From Nemertoderma westbladi (Eukaryota > Animalia > Xenacoelomorpha), in the NCBI GenBank assembly GCA_032718475.1, contig JAUCBJ010001011.1, forward strand, positions 1-50,935: a stretch of 50,935 nucleotides of DNA, written 5' to 3'. Of the stretch, positions 25,901-38,390 are shown piece by piece. Each line of letters begins with the position of its first letter. Position 1 is the stretch's first letter. The notes below the pieces were generated by a model. It was not told the DNA's origin. It did not search any database and was given only the letters and a program-made list of their open reading frames with translations. A program made the position numbers and the translations under genes.

Positions 25901-27185
25901 CAGTCGTGAGAAAAGACCGAGATATAGATAATTTCATATTCTGGTTAGACAACTGTACCAATCAAAACAAAAACTGGATACTATAAAACACTGTTATGAT
26001 TTTGATGATCTGAAATCTGCTATAGGCAAATCTCGTAAGACAGCCAGTTGCGTGGATTTAAAGGAGTTTCATTTCTGGAGAAACAAGAAAACTTATTCCA
26101 AGACTTTGTGTCAAGCGCTGCCTTACCTTAGAGACATTGTTGAGGTTAAATTCTACAAAGACTGCAGCAAAATGTCATATAAAACTAGTTTTGAAAGTCC
26201 AGCAATTACATTGCCATTTCTCCAGGTGAAGTTTTCTCCGGAGCCGAAAATAAAAACCAAGAATCGAGGAATAAAATTATCTAAGAAAGAAGCCTTGATC
26301 AAACAACTTTTGCTAAAGATGCCGGAAAGTCGAAGAAAATGTTGGCTCGAAATGCCAGCTTCCTCAGATACAGCCGATCTAAACATCGAATATGATGTGG
26401 ATGACCTGTGAAATGAATCGTAAAGGGGAATCTCATCCCGTGATTTATTACCACTACTCATCCCGCCTGATAACTGTAAACTTTGAGTGATACTGTTTAA
26501 TAATGTAAACTTTCGGTGATATAGTTTAATGTAAAACTTTACGATATGAAACTATGAGTGGTTAAGATAAATGTATATATTATGTATATGTATTATAAAT
26601 TACCTTTACTGGATATTTCAGAAAGGGGAGGGGGGCTCTCGACGCAATAAAATTCAATTCTTTGCAGTGGAAAATCTGGGCAAATAACAGCTGATAGCGA
26701 GCAAAAATAAACTGTAACCTACGATATTCACTCCCGTTTATTATTTTGGTTGGAATAACCTGACATTGAAACTGTTCCTTTCCCATAATTGATAATTACC
26801 ATCGTTATTTCGCCCAGATTGAATTTGCGTCAATTAATTATTTCCCCATGTTTCAGCATTTACTGGGTTTTGTAAAGTGAAAAGGTAGTTACTTGGTTTT
26901 GGGAAAGCCAAAAATGTCAGTTACTGTGTTTTGAAGGACACTTAAATTAGTATGTGTTAATTTTTACCATTCCGAAACAATTTATCTCTTTTTTCTCGAA
27001 TATGGTAAAAAAAAATGATTCCAAAATTTTACACGAAGTCAATTTTATAAAAATAATTACATATTCATAAGTTCTGGAAAACAAGACAGAACGAAATGCC
27101 AGCCCGCAAAAGTTAGAAAACTATAACTGCGATTATTTCAGAACTAGATGGAAAGCACTTACTAGGTTTTGGCATGGAGCAGCCG
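22945..27185 (+). mobile_element. Sola1-like DNA transposon, 4.24 kb, both TIRs intact
   Basis: 27-bp perfect TIR CGGCTGCTCCATGCCAAAACCTAGTAA / TTACTAGGTTTTGGCATGGAGCAGCCG. Subterminal AAAAC(C/A)YAG(T/C)AACT motifs occur in both arms, and there is an internal transposase ORF. Confidence 0.85.
24241..26411 (+). pseudogene. Sola1-type DDD transposase, disrupted
   Basis: Motifs VCKTLFLNTLG, SHYRR...YLP, DKCGFC, DMQKVLLLP, WHEALQGR and WLDNCTNQNKN. The ORF stops at 25986 and resumes in another frame (CYDFDDLKSAI...). The GH-x(n)-D segment with the third catalytic Asp appears to be absent. Confidence 0.8.
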
Positions 27186-27261
27186 TGTAATCTCCACTGG
27201 TCCTGTACAAAATAATGATAAACAATAACATATTAATATTAATTAATGTATTTATTTTGTA

Positions 27262-27725
27262 TTTATTCGACATTTTAATTCCCCTTAATATTCTTCTGAA
27301 TTTACTCGCGAGTTAAATTATTAAACTCGCGAGAAATTATTAAAATCTTGAGAAAATTATTAATCTCGCGAGAAAAATGAGTAGACTCACGAGAAAATCA
27401 TTAAACGCGAGAGAAAATCTCGCGAGATAAATTATTAAACACGCAGATAATTATTAATCTCGCGAGAAAATTATTAACCTCGCAAGATCCTGTGACACGG
27501 TCCCTATTCTGGACTGAACTATTGTTTTCTCGCTAGTTTAATTACTTATCTCGTGAGATTAATAATTTTCTCACGTGTTTAATCTTTTATCTCATGAGTT
27601 TAATAATTTTTTCGCGTGTTTAATATTTTATCTCGCGAGATTAAATTTTCTCGCGAGTTTGATAATTTTCTCGCGTGTTTAATCTTTTATCAGGAATATG
27701 AAGGGGAATTTAAAAGTCGAATAAA
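27262..27725. mobile_element. Palindromic MITE built from CTCGCGAG repeats
   Basis: The left arm TTATTCGACATTTTAATTCCCCTT...(CTCGCGAG)n is mirrored by (CTCGCGAG)n...AAGGGGAATTTAAAAGTCGAATAA. Confidence 0.7.
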
Positions 27726-28093
27726 AGTATGCCAAATTAATGTCATATACATTATTAATAAATTAATAGGCAGCCATAACCCTATCTTAGTTGCGGAAAC
27801 TACCGGGAAGGGGGGGGGGGGGGGGGGGGGGGGTGGTATTTTGACCTCTCCACACCCCCACCCCCTCATTTTCGAATTTTGGTGCCATTTATAATTACAT
27901 CCGACTTTTTCCAGTGGAAACTATGGCAACTACTGAACTATGGCAACGAAAAATACAAGTAGTAACATGTTTTAAAAAATCGATGGTTACAATTACCAAC
28001 GGCTTAAATTTTGGTAAGGCTCCATACCGGGATGGTACGGCACGAAAATTACAAGTAGATCTTTTCGCTAATCACGTGGGACCGAAAAGTAAC

Positions 28094-28830
28094 TAGGGAT
28101 GTCCCGGAATTCCGTTCCGGCCGGAATTCCGGCGGTTTTTGCCCGATTCCGGTTCCGGCCGGAATTGCCGGAATGGGGTCAATTCCGGCCGGAATTTTAC
28201 CGGAATTACAAGGTTCATGTCTAGTTTAATAGCTGCAATTAGTTTGTTAAATTATTATCAACTTTTATATATTTTTTAAACAATATTACCAATTAGTTTA
28301 AGATACTTTTCAACACTTGTAAAAAAGTATAGAAAATAAAGTTTTCTTCGACCGTTAGAGCTAACATTTGGATGCAAGGCATAGATGCCCCCTGGTTAGC
28401 CCCTTCAAACCATTCGTGCTGAATCGAAGCTCTCGGGGCAATCTATCTGGAGGTCGTGGGTTCGATCCCTGCATGTGGGCCAAGGCAGTTTTCGATTCAG
28501 CTACTACTAGTAGTAGCTGCTAGTAGTACTACTCGTAGCTACTACTAGTAGTAGCTGAATCGAAAACTGCCTTGGCCCACATGCAGGGATCGAACCCACG
28601 ACCTCCAGATAGATTGTAATTCAATGCAACCACTACACCAAGGTGGAACCTAACTAACCTATGTAACGAGGGAAAATTCACAGCCACCCTGTGTATTACA
28701 GTGAATTCAGTCTTGATGGGTATGGAACACATTTCTAAGTTTCTTTAGTTCAGTTCTGCGTCGTAGGTGCTGCATAATATAGTAGTTTAATTTCTATTTA
28801 CAGCAAATCCATTTCTTACCATAAATATAT
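28094..28830. mobile_element. Truncated copy of the hAT-like MITE at 29927-31668
   Basis: Same left end TAGGGATGTCCCGGAATTCC and a colinear interior. It breaks off at ~28830 with no right TIR. Confidence 0.8.
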
Positions 28831-29470
28831 TTAACACTGTTGTGGAGGAGTAGAATTGTTTAGAATCACCTGAACCTCTCCGTCAGTTAGTTGGATTGAT
28901 TTTTCAACAGAATGACGTGTAATGGCAATAGATAGCAGTTCGGATGCAGTAAACTTGTTGCCGCAAACGGTACAGGAAGCGACAACTGGTTCAGATGAAT
29001 TACCAAACGACCGTTTACTCGCCGATGCAGGTATTGCCACAGGTTCAAGAGAAACCGCGCAATTATGACACTTCGATGTATCGATTGGAACGGATGTCTT
29101 TATAACAGTGTCGGCGAACTCAATTAACTTCCCCTTAGAATCTGAATCCAGATCTTTAAACTGTTGCGAAGTGGCTGGGAAACCGTGAATCCAGATAAGG
29201 GAATGTAGATGTAAGGCGCCACGGCCTGCAGTTTCGGGAACAGCAAATAATGCCTCCGTATGGCCGAAAAGGCCACGTTCATTCCCGCTCTCGTTAGCCG
29301 AGTTCCATCCGAGAACATTGCGAATGAAGTGGGTGACCAAGCGATCGAAATACTTTGCCGCCGCGTGTGGGTTCTTACCGAGCGCTGCAAACCGATCCGC
29401 GGGTGTAGGGAAGTCATCCGTATCGTTGAACTGAACAGATATATCCTTCCCATTAGACGCCTCTGCATAT
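28831..29470 (-). pseudogene. Helitron Rep exon with the HUH motif
   Basis: Acceptor ttttcag|A. Reads ...RFAALGKNPHAAAKYFDRLV...GLFGHTEALFAVPETAGRGALHLHSLIW (Rep motif 2, E-x3-RG-x2-HxH), then CxxC...CxxC, then ends abruptly. Confidence 0.85.
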
Positions 29471-29926
29471 CTGAAAAGTAAAATAAAAATATAAAAATTA
29501 TTAGTTATTAGTAATAATATAATAATAGTAATAATAATAATAGTAATATATATCTAATACAGAATAGCGCTTATTAAATAACCCACTCATAACGGAGTGA
29601 CACTAAAAATGATGAGGAGTGAGCGCGTGAAACACGATAGTAAAGTAGGCTAATCGGTACAAATGTGTATCACGGAGGGAGTGAGGGGGGGGGGGGGGGG
29701 GGGGTTCGCAAATTGAAATTACTGCAAAGTAAATCGTTACCTGATGCATCTCCAGATTTGTTGGCTACGGTAATATAGCCGAGACTGAAATGTAAAGAAT
29801 TTTAGAGGCTAGAAAAATAATTATTTTATTTAATTATTTTATTATATCAATTTAATTGATGAATATAATATTTTGAAACATTCCTTAAAAATGTTACACT
29901 TTTATTTAACAACACTTAATTAATAT

Positions 29927-31668
29927 TAGGGATGTCCCGGAATTCCGGTTGTTTTTGCCCGATTCCGGTTCCGGCCGGAATTGCCGGAATGGGGTCAATT
30001 CCGGCCGGAATTTTACCGGAATTACCAGGTTAGTTAGGAGGTTTGATAGTTGCAATTAGTTGTTATAATATTATCAACATTTATATATTTTTTAAACATT
30101 ATTACCAATTATTTTAAGATACTTTTCAACACGTGTAAAAAAAGAATATAAAAATAAAGTTTTCTTCGACCGTTAGAGCTAATATTTAAAGATGCCAAGG
30201 CATAGATAGATGCCCCTGGTTAGCCCCTTCAAACCATTCGTGCGAAAGCAGCCTTGGCCCACCTACCTGCAGGGATCGAACCCACGACCTCCAGATAGAT
30301 TGGAAATCAATGCAACCACTACACGAAGCGAAGGTGAAACCTAACTAACCTATCTAGCGAGGGAAAATTCACAGCCACCCTGTTTATTAAAGTTAATGCA
30401 GTCTTGATGGTTATATGACATATGTAACACATTTCCAAAATCATTTCACCTGGTAATCAATCTAAAATGGTCCCACTCATCTATTACACCACATACTGTA
30501 GTATTTATATACAATTCACAATAACCCTCTTAATTTACATGAACTACTTAAACCCTTTTTTCCTTCTAAATATATCTTAATAAATGCATCATTAGGCCCG
30601 TGCTCCACTGGTAAGTCGTACTTACGTCGTTTTCAGATTTTGTCTTAGTCAGAATGTTAAAATGAATGCCTCCTTGCTCCATTGGTAACATAAGTCATAA
30701 GTAATTTGATAAAAAATATAAGATGCGTCTCACATTTACTGCATATTTATACCCAAGGTAACCAATCACAGGCCAATTGCCGGATATAACACATGAGTCC
30801 ATATGTCAAAAGATGGAACATGGGACATAATCACTTGCGACTCATAGGTCGTACACTTAACGATTTACCAGCGGAGACGCTCTTGTGTTCCATAATTTAT
30901 TCTGACTAAGACTATACATTGAATCAATTATATATGATAATATTATGATTTGTAATTGTCCAACGTAACATATAGGATTACCCCTAAAGATTTCCAGCTT
31001 ATTTCCATGGGAGTCCTTTATGTTACTTGGTTACAAATACAATATTACACAATACAATATTTCTTACCATAAATCTATTTATTCTCAGCCATAATTAAAC
31101 TGTAACATGTACTATTGGCCTCGTTTATTGTTATTGTTGACAGGTTCGAATAACATGTCTCTGTAACATGCTCCTTTCCCTTAAAGACACCAGGATATTG
31201 CAACAAAGGACCTAATGACGAGAAACCATAGGTTGTTGGTTAACGTCGGTTTTTAGGTATGAGTCTAAATGCTAAAAACCTAACCGTTGGCCGAGGTTAT
31301 CGATTTTAGAAAAAATATAAATAACATAAGATATTACGAAAAAAAATATATTGAATCCCCTGTCGTTTAAGGCCGAAGTACCATCCCGTCCCCATAATAC
31401 GGCCATAACGGCCCAGGCCATTCTCCCCTCCACCCACCTTAATTCCCCAAGGTTCTGATTCATCTCATTATCAAACTTAGCTTTAGAAATTAAAAAAAAT
31501 AATTTCTTTCACAAAAAAATATAATAAAGTTTCATGGGTCATTTAGTATATTTCACTAATTATAGAAAATTCCGGTTCCGGCCGGAATTCCGGCCGGAAT
31601 ATTCCGGCATGTTGAATTCCGGTTCCGGTTCCGGCCGGAATCAAAATATCGATTCCGGGACATCCCTA
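29927..31668. mobile_element. hAT-like MITE in a Helitron intron
   Basis: TIR TAGGGATGTCCCGGAAT / ATTCCGGGACATCCCTA with a perfect 8-bp TSD ATTAATAT. Confidence 0.92.
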
Positions 31669-32085
31669 ATTAATATACAGGTTTTTCATCACCATTCCAT
31701 TGGTCATTCTGTATGCAGTCGCAGTGGTTCAACAGTTACTCATACACGAAGTTATATATGGCGCCACCTTTCGCCAGGCCAAGAATTACATGACGCTAGA
31801 AACTTATTAATTTAATGAAATGAAAATTTTTCTCCACTATATCAAATTTCAAAGAAATCGCTGAACTGTTGCTGAGCCTGATACCGGTATTGGCGTCCAA
31901 TCATTGAGTCAGACAGACAGACAAACGGACAACGCCGACAACTGTATGCTAATGCAATGCTCATTTACTTTGTGGTTCGCCCCACATTTTAGGAATAAAT
32001 GCACACTATGTCCTGGTTTATAGTGTCTCCGTAATCCAGGTACACCACCCCCCAACACCCCGCCTTTAATTAAATATAAACTAAC

Positions 32086-32666
32086 CTGAAAACCGCAAGG
32101 GATCCCATTTCGTTAGGAGCAACGGTGAGGAACCGATGTGGGTTACCAAACTTAGTTATCAGGTTGTATAACTTTCTCCGCTCCTGAGTTCGTTGCTCAT
32201 CGGATCCCCATTTAGTTCCCGAGACTATCTTCACGTGAGTCATCAACGATCGCGCGTTCCCCGAGTTATTAACGGTTTCATTACGCGACTTATCGAGGAA
32301 TTCTTTGAGTTCATCGCGTGTAACCGAGTTAATATTGGCACAAACGCCAGGGAATTTCCGCAAACGTAAAGACGTATTACTCAGTGCCTGTTCGCGGGAC
32401 AGAATGTCAAAAACCCGGAGGACAGATTCCGAATCGCTAAACTGTTGGGTCGATAACCGGAGTAGATGACGAAATCCTTCGACATTCCCAACGCCTGCGA
32501 TGTCCCCCGGGTCGCCATAACCGAAGGGAAACTGCTTGGCGAACATTAGCATCCGAGTCTCTGAATTCCAGTCCGACAGTAAATGTGAACTGCGCCGTAA
32601 GACAAGTTCATCGTCACATCCCCCCATTCGTTGTAACATCTGCGCTTGCGTTGCAGATTGCGTCAC
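32086..32666 (-). pseudogene. Helitron Rep exon (Helitron_like_N, motif 1)
   Basis: Acceptor ttgcag|GTG and donor AG|gttagt. Contains FPFGYG and RRKLYNLITKFGNPHRFLTVAPNE. Confidence 0.85.
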
Positions 32667-33168
32667 CTGCAAATATAATTATATAACATCATAAAAAATC
32701 ATAAAAAATTAATCATTATATTTCAATATGTAGCAAAAATCGTCGTATCAATTAATAAGCGACAGATTAGATCTGCAAAAAATATAATTTATAATAAAGA
32801 GGCATTATAGTTGTCCCATGATTAGTATATAGTACTTTTAGTTTCGGTATATCTACAATACAAGTATTATTACTTACTATTACTAGTTGTGTGCTGCACA
32901 AGGGCAGTAGAAAGGTACTGGCTGTGCTACTGGATAAATGTTGTCAGGGGCAATCCTTAAATTACGTAACGTAAGCAAGGTAGGGGTGGGGGGCCAACAT
33001 CGTGAGTGTTTCTGACAGTGGGGGGGGGGGGGGGGGGGGGTCGAAAAAATCGTGACAACTAAATTGTCTCGGGGCTATTCTAAAACTGAACTCTTCTGCT
33101 CTATGCTAACCAATACAAGAACTATTATATTTCTTATACTCACTACGACTAATATAATGTTATTACAT

Positions 33169-33199
<31 letters not shown>

Positions 33200-33531
33200 G
33201 CGGGGGGCTGGGGGCCAGAGTTGTCGCGACACTTTGTGACGGAGTGGTTTGTCCTAAAATCGTCAAAAAATATTGCGGACACCCCCCCCCCCCCCCTTTC
33301 CCGTCTCAAATTGTCGCGAAACAGATTCCAAATACATTCGGAAATAGCGTTTTGTAATGAATATTAAGTGTGGAACAGTAACTAAATTCGTCTGACATTC
33401 TAACCAAATAGATACACCTTGATAAGTGATATATTCCAATTTACATCCATATTAATAATTTATAGTAAAACAATAAACCAAATACACTAATTCAGCCCAT
33501 CGATTATTAAAAGTACCAACAAAACACCAAC

Positions 33532-34218
33532 CTGGTTAGAAGAGAATATAGAGGCGTCTGTACGTTCGACACCCTCCTCTAGGTCAGCGACGTTCACAAT
33601 ATCAGCGGGGCGAGTGTGAGACGACGTAGGTTCCCCCAGTTCCATTTCCGTTGTTTCATCGACGACAGAGCTGATCATCGAACTGGGGATGTCATCGGCG
33701 GGCAGTTCGTCTAACCGCCCCTGAATGCGTTCCACATCGCCGTAGAGACGGTTATTGGCGAGTAGAAACGTAAGGAGCGCGTTTACTTTATCGCGTCGGA
33801 TGGTGCAGCGTTTCATAGCCAGTAAACGTTGGACTGAAGTTAACGCTCCGGCTAGAATCACTCGAAACGCCGAAACGGAGTCCTGCAGAACTCGAGGTAG
33901 TTGAATTGCAGCCGGAGTGTCAGGTTGTCCCCAAACTAACACATGCGACTGCATCATCTTATTCGCGCCGCCTCGTACAACAACAGTCTTACAGGTCGGC
34001 GTCGCGCGAACAACCAAATTCCATTCGGCGTCGGTTGCGTCAGAGAGGTAAGTCGGTACCTCGCCCAACAAGAAACCACTTGCGATGGAGAGTTTCGGTG
34101 GTTTCTTCATAGCTGCGTTTCTGAGAGAGTTCGAACAGGTTGAACAAATACGCAGCCGCACCGCACCATCCTGGTCAACTTTAAAACCCCCGCTGGGAGA
34201 TAACAACACACCCTTTAG
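33532..34218 (-). pseudogene. Helitron exon segment (DUF6570-like)
   Basis: CSTCSNSL...KPPKLSIASGFLLGEVPTYL...IRRDKVNALLTFLLANNRLY, ending at donor CAG|gttggt. Confidence 0.8.
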
Positions 34219-35789
34219 CCAGGTTGGAATTCATGCATGAGCGCGCAGGTACGCTTTGTTGTTTTGAGATCACCGCGCACCTGAAATTGGCTCGTCGCGC
34301 ACCTCATCATCCATACAAAATCGAGCAGCTCATGTCATGCATATCTCAAAAAATCGTGCAGGTCATATGAACAATTTTACATTCCTATTTTACAGCTTTG
34401 AGCGTTTTAAGCTTATCTTAGTACGGCTGTCTGTCTGTCTAGGGCTCGATCGGAGCTCCGGCTCCGGCTCCGGCCATTTTGGCACCTCCGGCTCCTGCTC
34501 CGGCTCCAGTAAAAATATTGCCGGAGTTAATTTTTTAATAAAGTATTATATTTCGTGCATATTCTAATCTGAACAATTATTTACACTATACAGCTATAAG
34601 TACTGTAGTACAGCTTCAATATCTGATATCAAGCATAATACTGCAGTATTTCAGTATTTACTTAGTCAATGACTGACTGTACTGCAGTACTGGTCAGCTG
34701 GTACTGGCCAGACTAGCAGACTGTTACAGATAGGCCCTACTGTCAGGTCAGACTGTAAAAATTGTTGTAAATGCTATGATTGTACACTGTCAGACTGTAC
34801 CACTGCAGCCATTTACTGACTGTCATGTCAGCATAATGTACTGCTGTACTGGTACAGGTGCAGCGGTAGGCTATCTACAGTACACACCTCTACCGCTCTA
34901 CCACAGTTAGTGAGTTAGGTACTGTAGGTAATTTTTAGCCGTCAGCGTCAGGCCGTCTGTCCATGATAAATTAATTACTTAAATTTTAAATTGAAAATTC
35001 GTAAATCTATAAATTATGAAATTAATTTGACCAACAGTACAGCAGTCTGGCAGTATGATTGATTATGAGCGATTGGCGAACGATAACCATACTTTATTTT
35101 TTTTTTAATAAATAATTAAATTTTTGAAATTTTTGAAAAACTCCGGCTCCTGCTCCGGCTCCGGCCAAATTGTCCAACTCCGGCTCCTGCTCCGGCTCCG
35201 GCCAAATCCCAACTCCAATCGAGCCCTAGTCTGTACGTTGAATCTACATAATACATGTAATTTTTGCAACATCAAAATGGTTAATATTAAAAAATATTTT
35301 TTGAATCCACTACATTTACATTTGAAAATACATTACTCTACTGTATAAAATTTGAATAAATATGCAATAGTTAAGTCATACTGTACTTATAATACATTGT
35401 TACTTTCTGACTTTACCTGTTTACTAACGCAACATAGGCAATAGGCTGATAGGCATAGGCCTAATAACAATAGAGTACTGTCACTGTGTAGTTAAAATAA
35501 ATAGACAAATTCAGCTCCGGTTGCCTGTACAGTATTACAGTATTATGGAGAAATGATTTGACAGAACGAGAAATAACGCGACAGCGCGAGCGAAGCGAGC
35601 GAAATTTTTTTGTGTATTTTCGTGATTTCAATTAATTTGTGGCGCGCATCAGAGCTTCGCGCTGAGGCGCAACGCGCACCTGTCTCACCCGAACGCGCAC
35701 CTGTCTCACCCAAACGCGCAACGTGCATCTGGTTTGCGGTCATTCGCGCAGGTACGCATCCGAGTTTTGCAGCATGAATTCCAACCTGG
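34219..35789. mobile_element. Non-autonomous DNA transposon (hAT/P-type 8-bp TSD) inserted in a Helitron exon
   Basis: TIR CCAGGTTGGAATTCATGC / GCATGAATTCCAACCTGG and TSD CCCTTTAG. Removing it restores ...LDDRLKGVLLSPSGG. Confidence 0.92.
34440..35228. mobile_element. Nested hAT-like MITE
   Basis: Ends TAGGGCTCGAT...ATCGAGCCCTA, CTCCGG subterminal repeats, and near-duplicated GTCTGT flanks. Confidence 0.8.
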
Positions 35790-36803
35790 CCCTTTAGTCG
35801 GTCATCCAAGGCCTCAACCGAGTAGAGGTTAGTTATAAGGCCGCGGGGTAGTTGGTGGAGCTCCCGGGAGTGAGTTTCTTCTGGAATAAACCAATCATCC
35901 GGTCGTACTCGCTATTGTCGTTACCGGTACGTACCATTTCATGGATCGATTCCAGGAATACGGACTCGTCGCAAACGCAACAGGTCCGCTGAGCGCTGAC
36001 CCATTCCGTCGTCCCCCAAACTCCGAGTCATTTTGTCCCAAACTCTTGTTTTATCCTCAAGAGTTGGGACAGTCACTGTAACTGGTGGAGGATCGGTGAC
36101 GTTACGGTTATTAATCCGGATGCGCGCAATATTGTTGCGATGAGTCTCAGGGTTATTAATCCGGTATTCCTCCACTCTTGCACGATGGGGTTCCGGGTTG
36201 TTGCGCTGGTGTGCAGCGACACTCGCGCGGTGGGGTTCCGGGTTGACACGTTGGTTGCGCGCAACGTTTTCGCGATGAGTTTCCGGGTTATTAATCCGGT
36301 ATTCATCCACTCTTGCACGATGGGGTTCCGGGTTGTTGCGCTGATGTGCAGCCACACACGCACGATGAGCACCACGCCGTCGCGATTCCGCCGTATACTG
36401 GGCGCGGACTCTGACACACGATATCTCGTACTGTGCGTTATCTTGCAGACTCCCAGGCACTCCTCTATAGAAACCGGCAACAAGTTCGTCAATAGTTGAG
36501 TAAATGGTTAGCGCAGAGACGCCCTCGGGTGATGGTAAACCTTGGGCATCCCGCGCGTGGGAGTCGAACAGGAAGAACGAAGAGTCAGAGTCTTTACCGA
36601 TCATCACCGTTATATCGAATGACGTTAGAATGGCGAGATCGGTACGCATGAAGGCTTGGGTAACTCCCTGCAGTAAGTTACCATATCCTGGGATAGGATT
36701 GGGCGCCCCAGCAATGAGATCCAAAACTGTGAACTCAGCCTCGAGATCCTTTGCAGTAAACGTCGCTGGAATATCGCGGTGTTGCAAAGCCAATGGAGCT
36801 TGT
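35790..36803 (-). pseudogene. Helitron N-terminal exon segment: herpes-tegument deubiquitinase-like domain plus 15-aa repeats
   Basis: Acceptor cttttag|A. Contains FFLFDSHARDAQGLPSPEGVSAL and NPEPHRARV-type repeats. A CCVC motif follows a frameshift near 35990, and a second frameshift lies near 35838. Confidence 0.7.
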
Positions 36804-37044
36804 CTAAAAGTTAATAAGTTACAGTAATAATAATTTTAATTTACCTTAGCCTAGAATATGTTACCCTTACCACCATAAGAATATACATGGTTTATAGTTG
36901 TTTTGGGTCCGCCTGGCAAGTTATAAGTGTTGTTTACATTGACTCATATACATTTTATTCACATTGTATTAAACAGTTCACTAATATGTAAAAAATATTT
37001 GAATACAAGTTTTCTGTTATTTTTTGGACAAAAATGGCTAAAAA

Positions 37045-38390
37045 CACACCACACCACACCACACCACACGTATCAGAAAGAAGACCACACCCACACAGCA
37101 CACATATGATAAAGAAGACCACACCCACACAGCACACATATCATAAAGAAGACCACACCCACACGTATCATAAAGTAGACCACACCCACATGTATCATAT
37201 TGAAGACAACATCCACCAACACGTATCATAAAGAAGTCCACACGTAGCATAAAGAAGACCACACGTATCATAAAGAAGACCACACGAAGCATAAAGAAGA
37301 CCACGAAGCATAAAGAAGACCACGAAGCATAAAGAATACCACACCCACACGTATCATAAAGAAGACCACACCCACACATATCATAAAGAAGACCACACCC
37401 ACACGGCCACACGTATCACAAAGAAGACCACACCCACACGCATCATAAAGTAGACCACACCCACACGTATCATATTCAAGACAACATCCACCAACACGGA
37501 TCATAAAGAAGTCCACACGTAGCATAAAGAAGACCACACGAATAATAAAGAAGACAACATCCACCAACACGTATCATAAAGAAGTCCACACGTAACATAA
37601 AGAAGACCACACGTATCAAAAAGAAGACCACACCTACACGTATCAAAAAGAAGACCACACCTACACGTATCATAAAGAAGACCACACCCAAACGTATCAT
37701 AAAGAAGACCACACCCACACGTAACAAAAAGAAGACCACACCCACACGTATCATAAAGAAGACAACATCCACCAACATGTATCATAAAGAAGACCACACG
37801 TATCATAAAGAAGACCACACGTATCATAAAGAAGACCACACGTATCATAAAGAAGACCACACGTATCATAAATACGACTACACGTATCATAAATACGACT
37901 ACACGTATCATAAAGAAGACCACATGTATCATAAAGAAGAATATTCGCATCATAAATCCGACCACACGTATCATAAATACGACCACACGTATCATAAAGA
38001 AGACCATTCGTATCCTAAATACGACCACACGTATCATAAATACGACCACACGTATCATAAATACGACCACACCTATCTTAAAGAAGACAATTCGTATCAT
38101 AAATACGACCACACGTATCATAAATACGACCACACATATCATAAATACGACCACACGTATCATAAAGAAGACCACATGTATCATAAAGACCACTCGTATC
38201 ATAAAGAAGACCACACGTAGCATAAAGAAGACCACACACTCACACGTATCAGAAATAAGACCACACCTACACGTATCATAAAGAAGACCACACCCAAACG
38301 TATCATAAAGAAGACCACACCCACACCTATCAAAAAGAAGACCACACCCACACGTATCATAAAGAAGACAACAGCCACCAACACGTAAAG
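37045..38390. repeat. 21-27-bp minisatellite (ACACGTATCATAAAGAAGACC)
   Basis: Tandem units with CACACC indels; source of the HTYHKED / VVFFMIR ORFs. Confidence 0.95.

Larger units (their letters stand above)
28831..36803 (-). mobile_element. Decayed intron-containing Helitron2/Helentron Rep gene; the helicase half is missing
   Basis: Four coding segments, forming three exons with phase-compatible GT-AG introns, encode a DUB-like domain, a Cys-rich DUF6570-like region, a Helitron_like_N region and HUH Rep motifs. Confidence 0.85.

Noticed and set aside
36804-36890. Upstream Helitron exon using a donor near 36845
   Set aside because: It would need a ~41-bp intron and gives no recognisable catalytic Cys motif.
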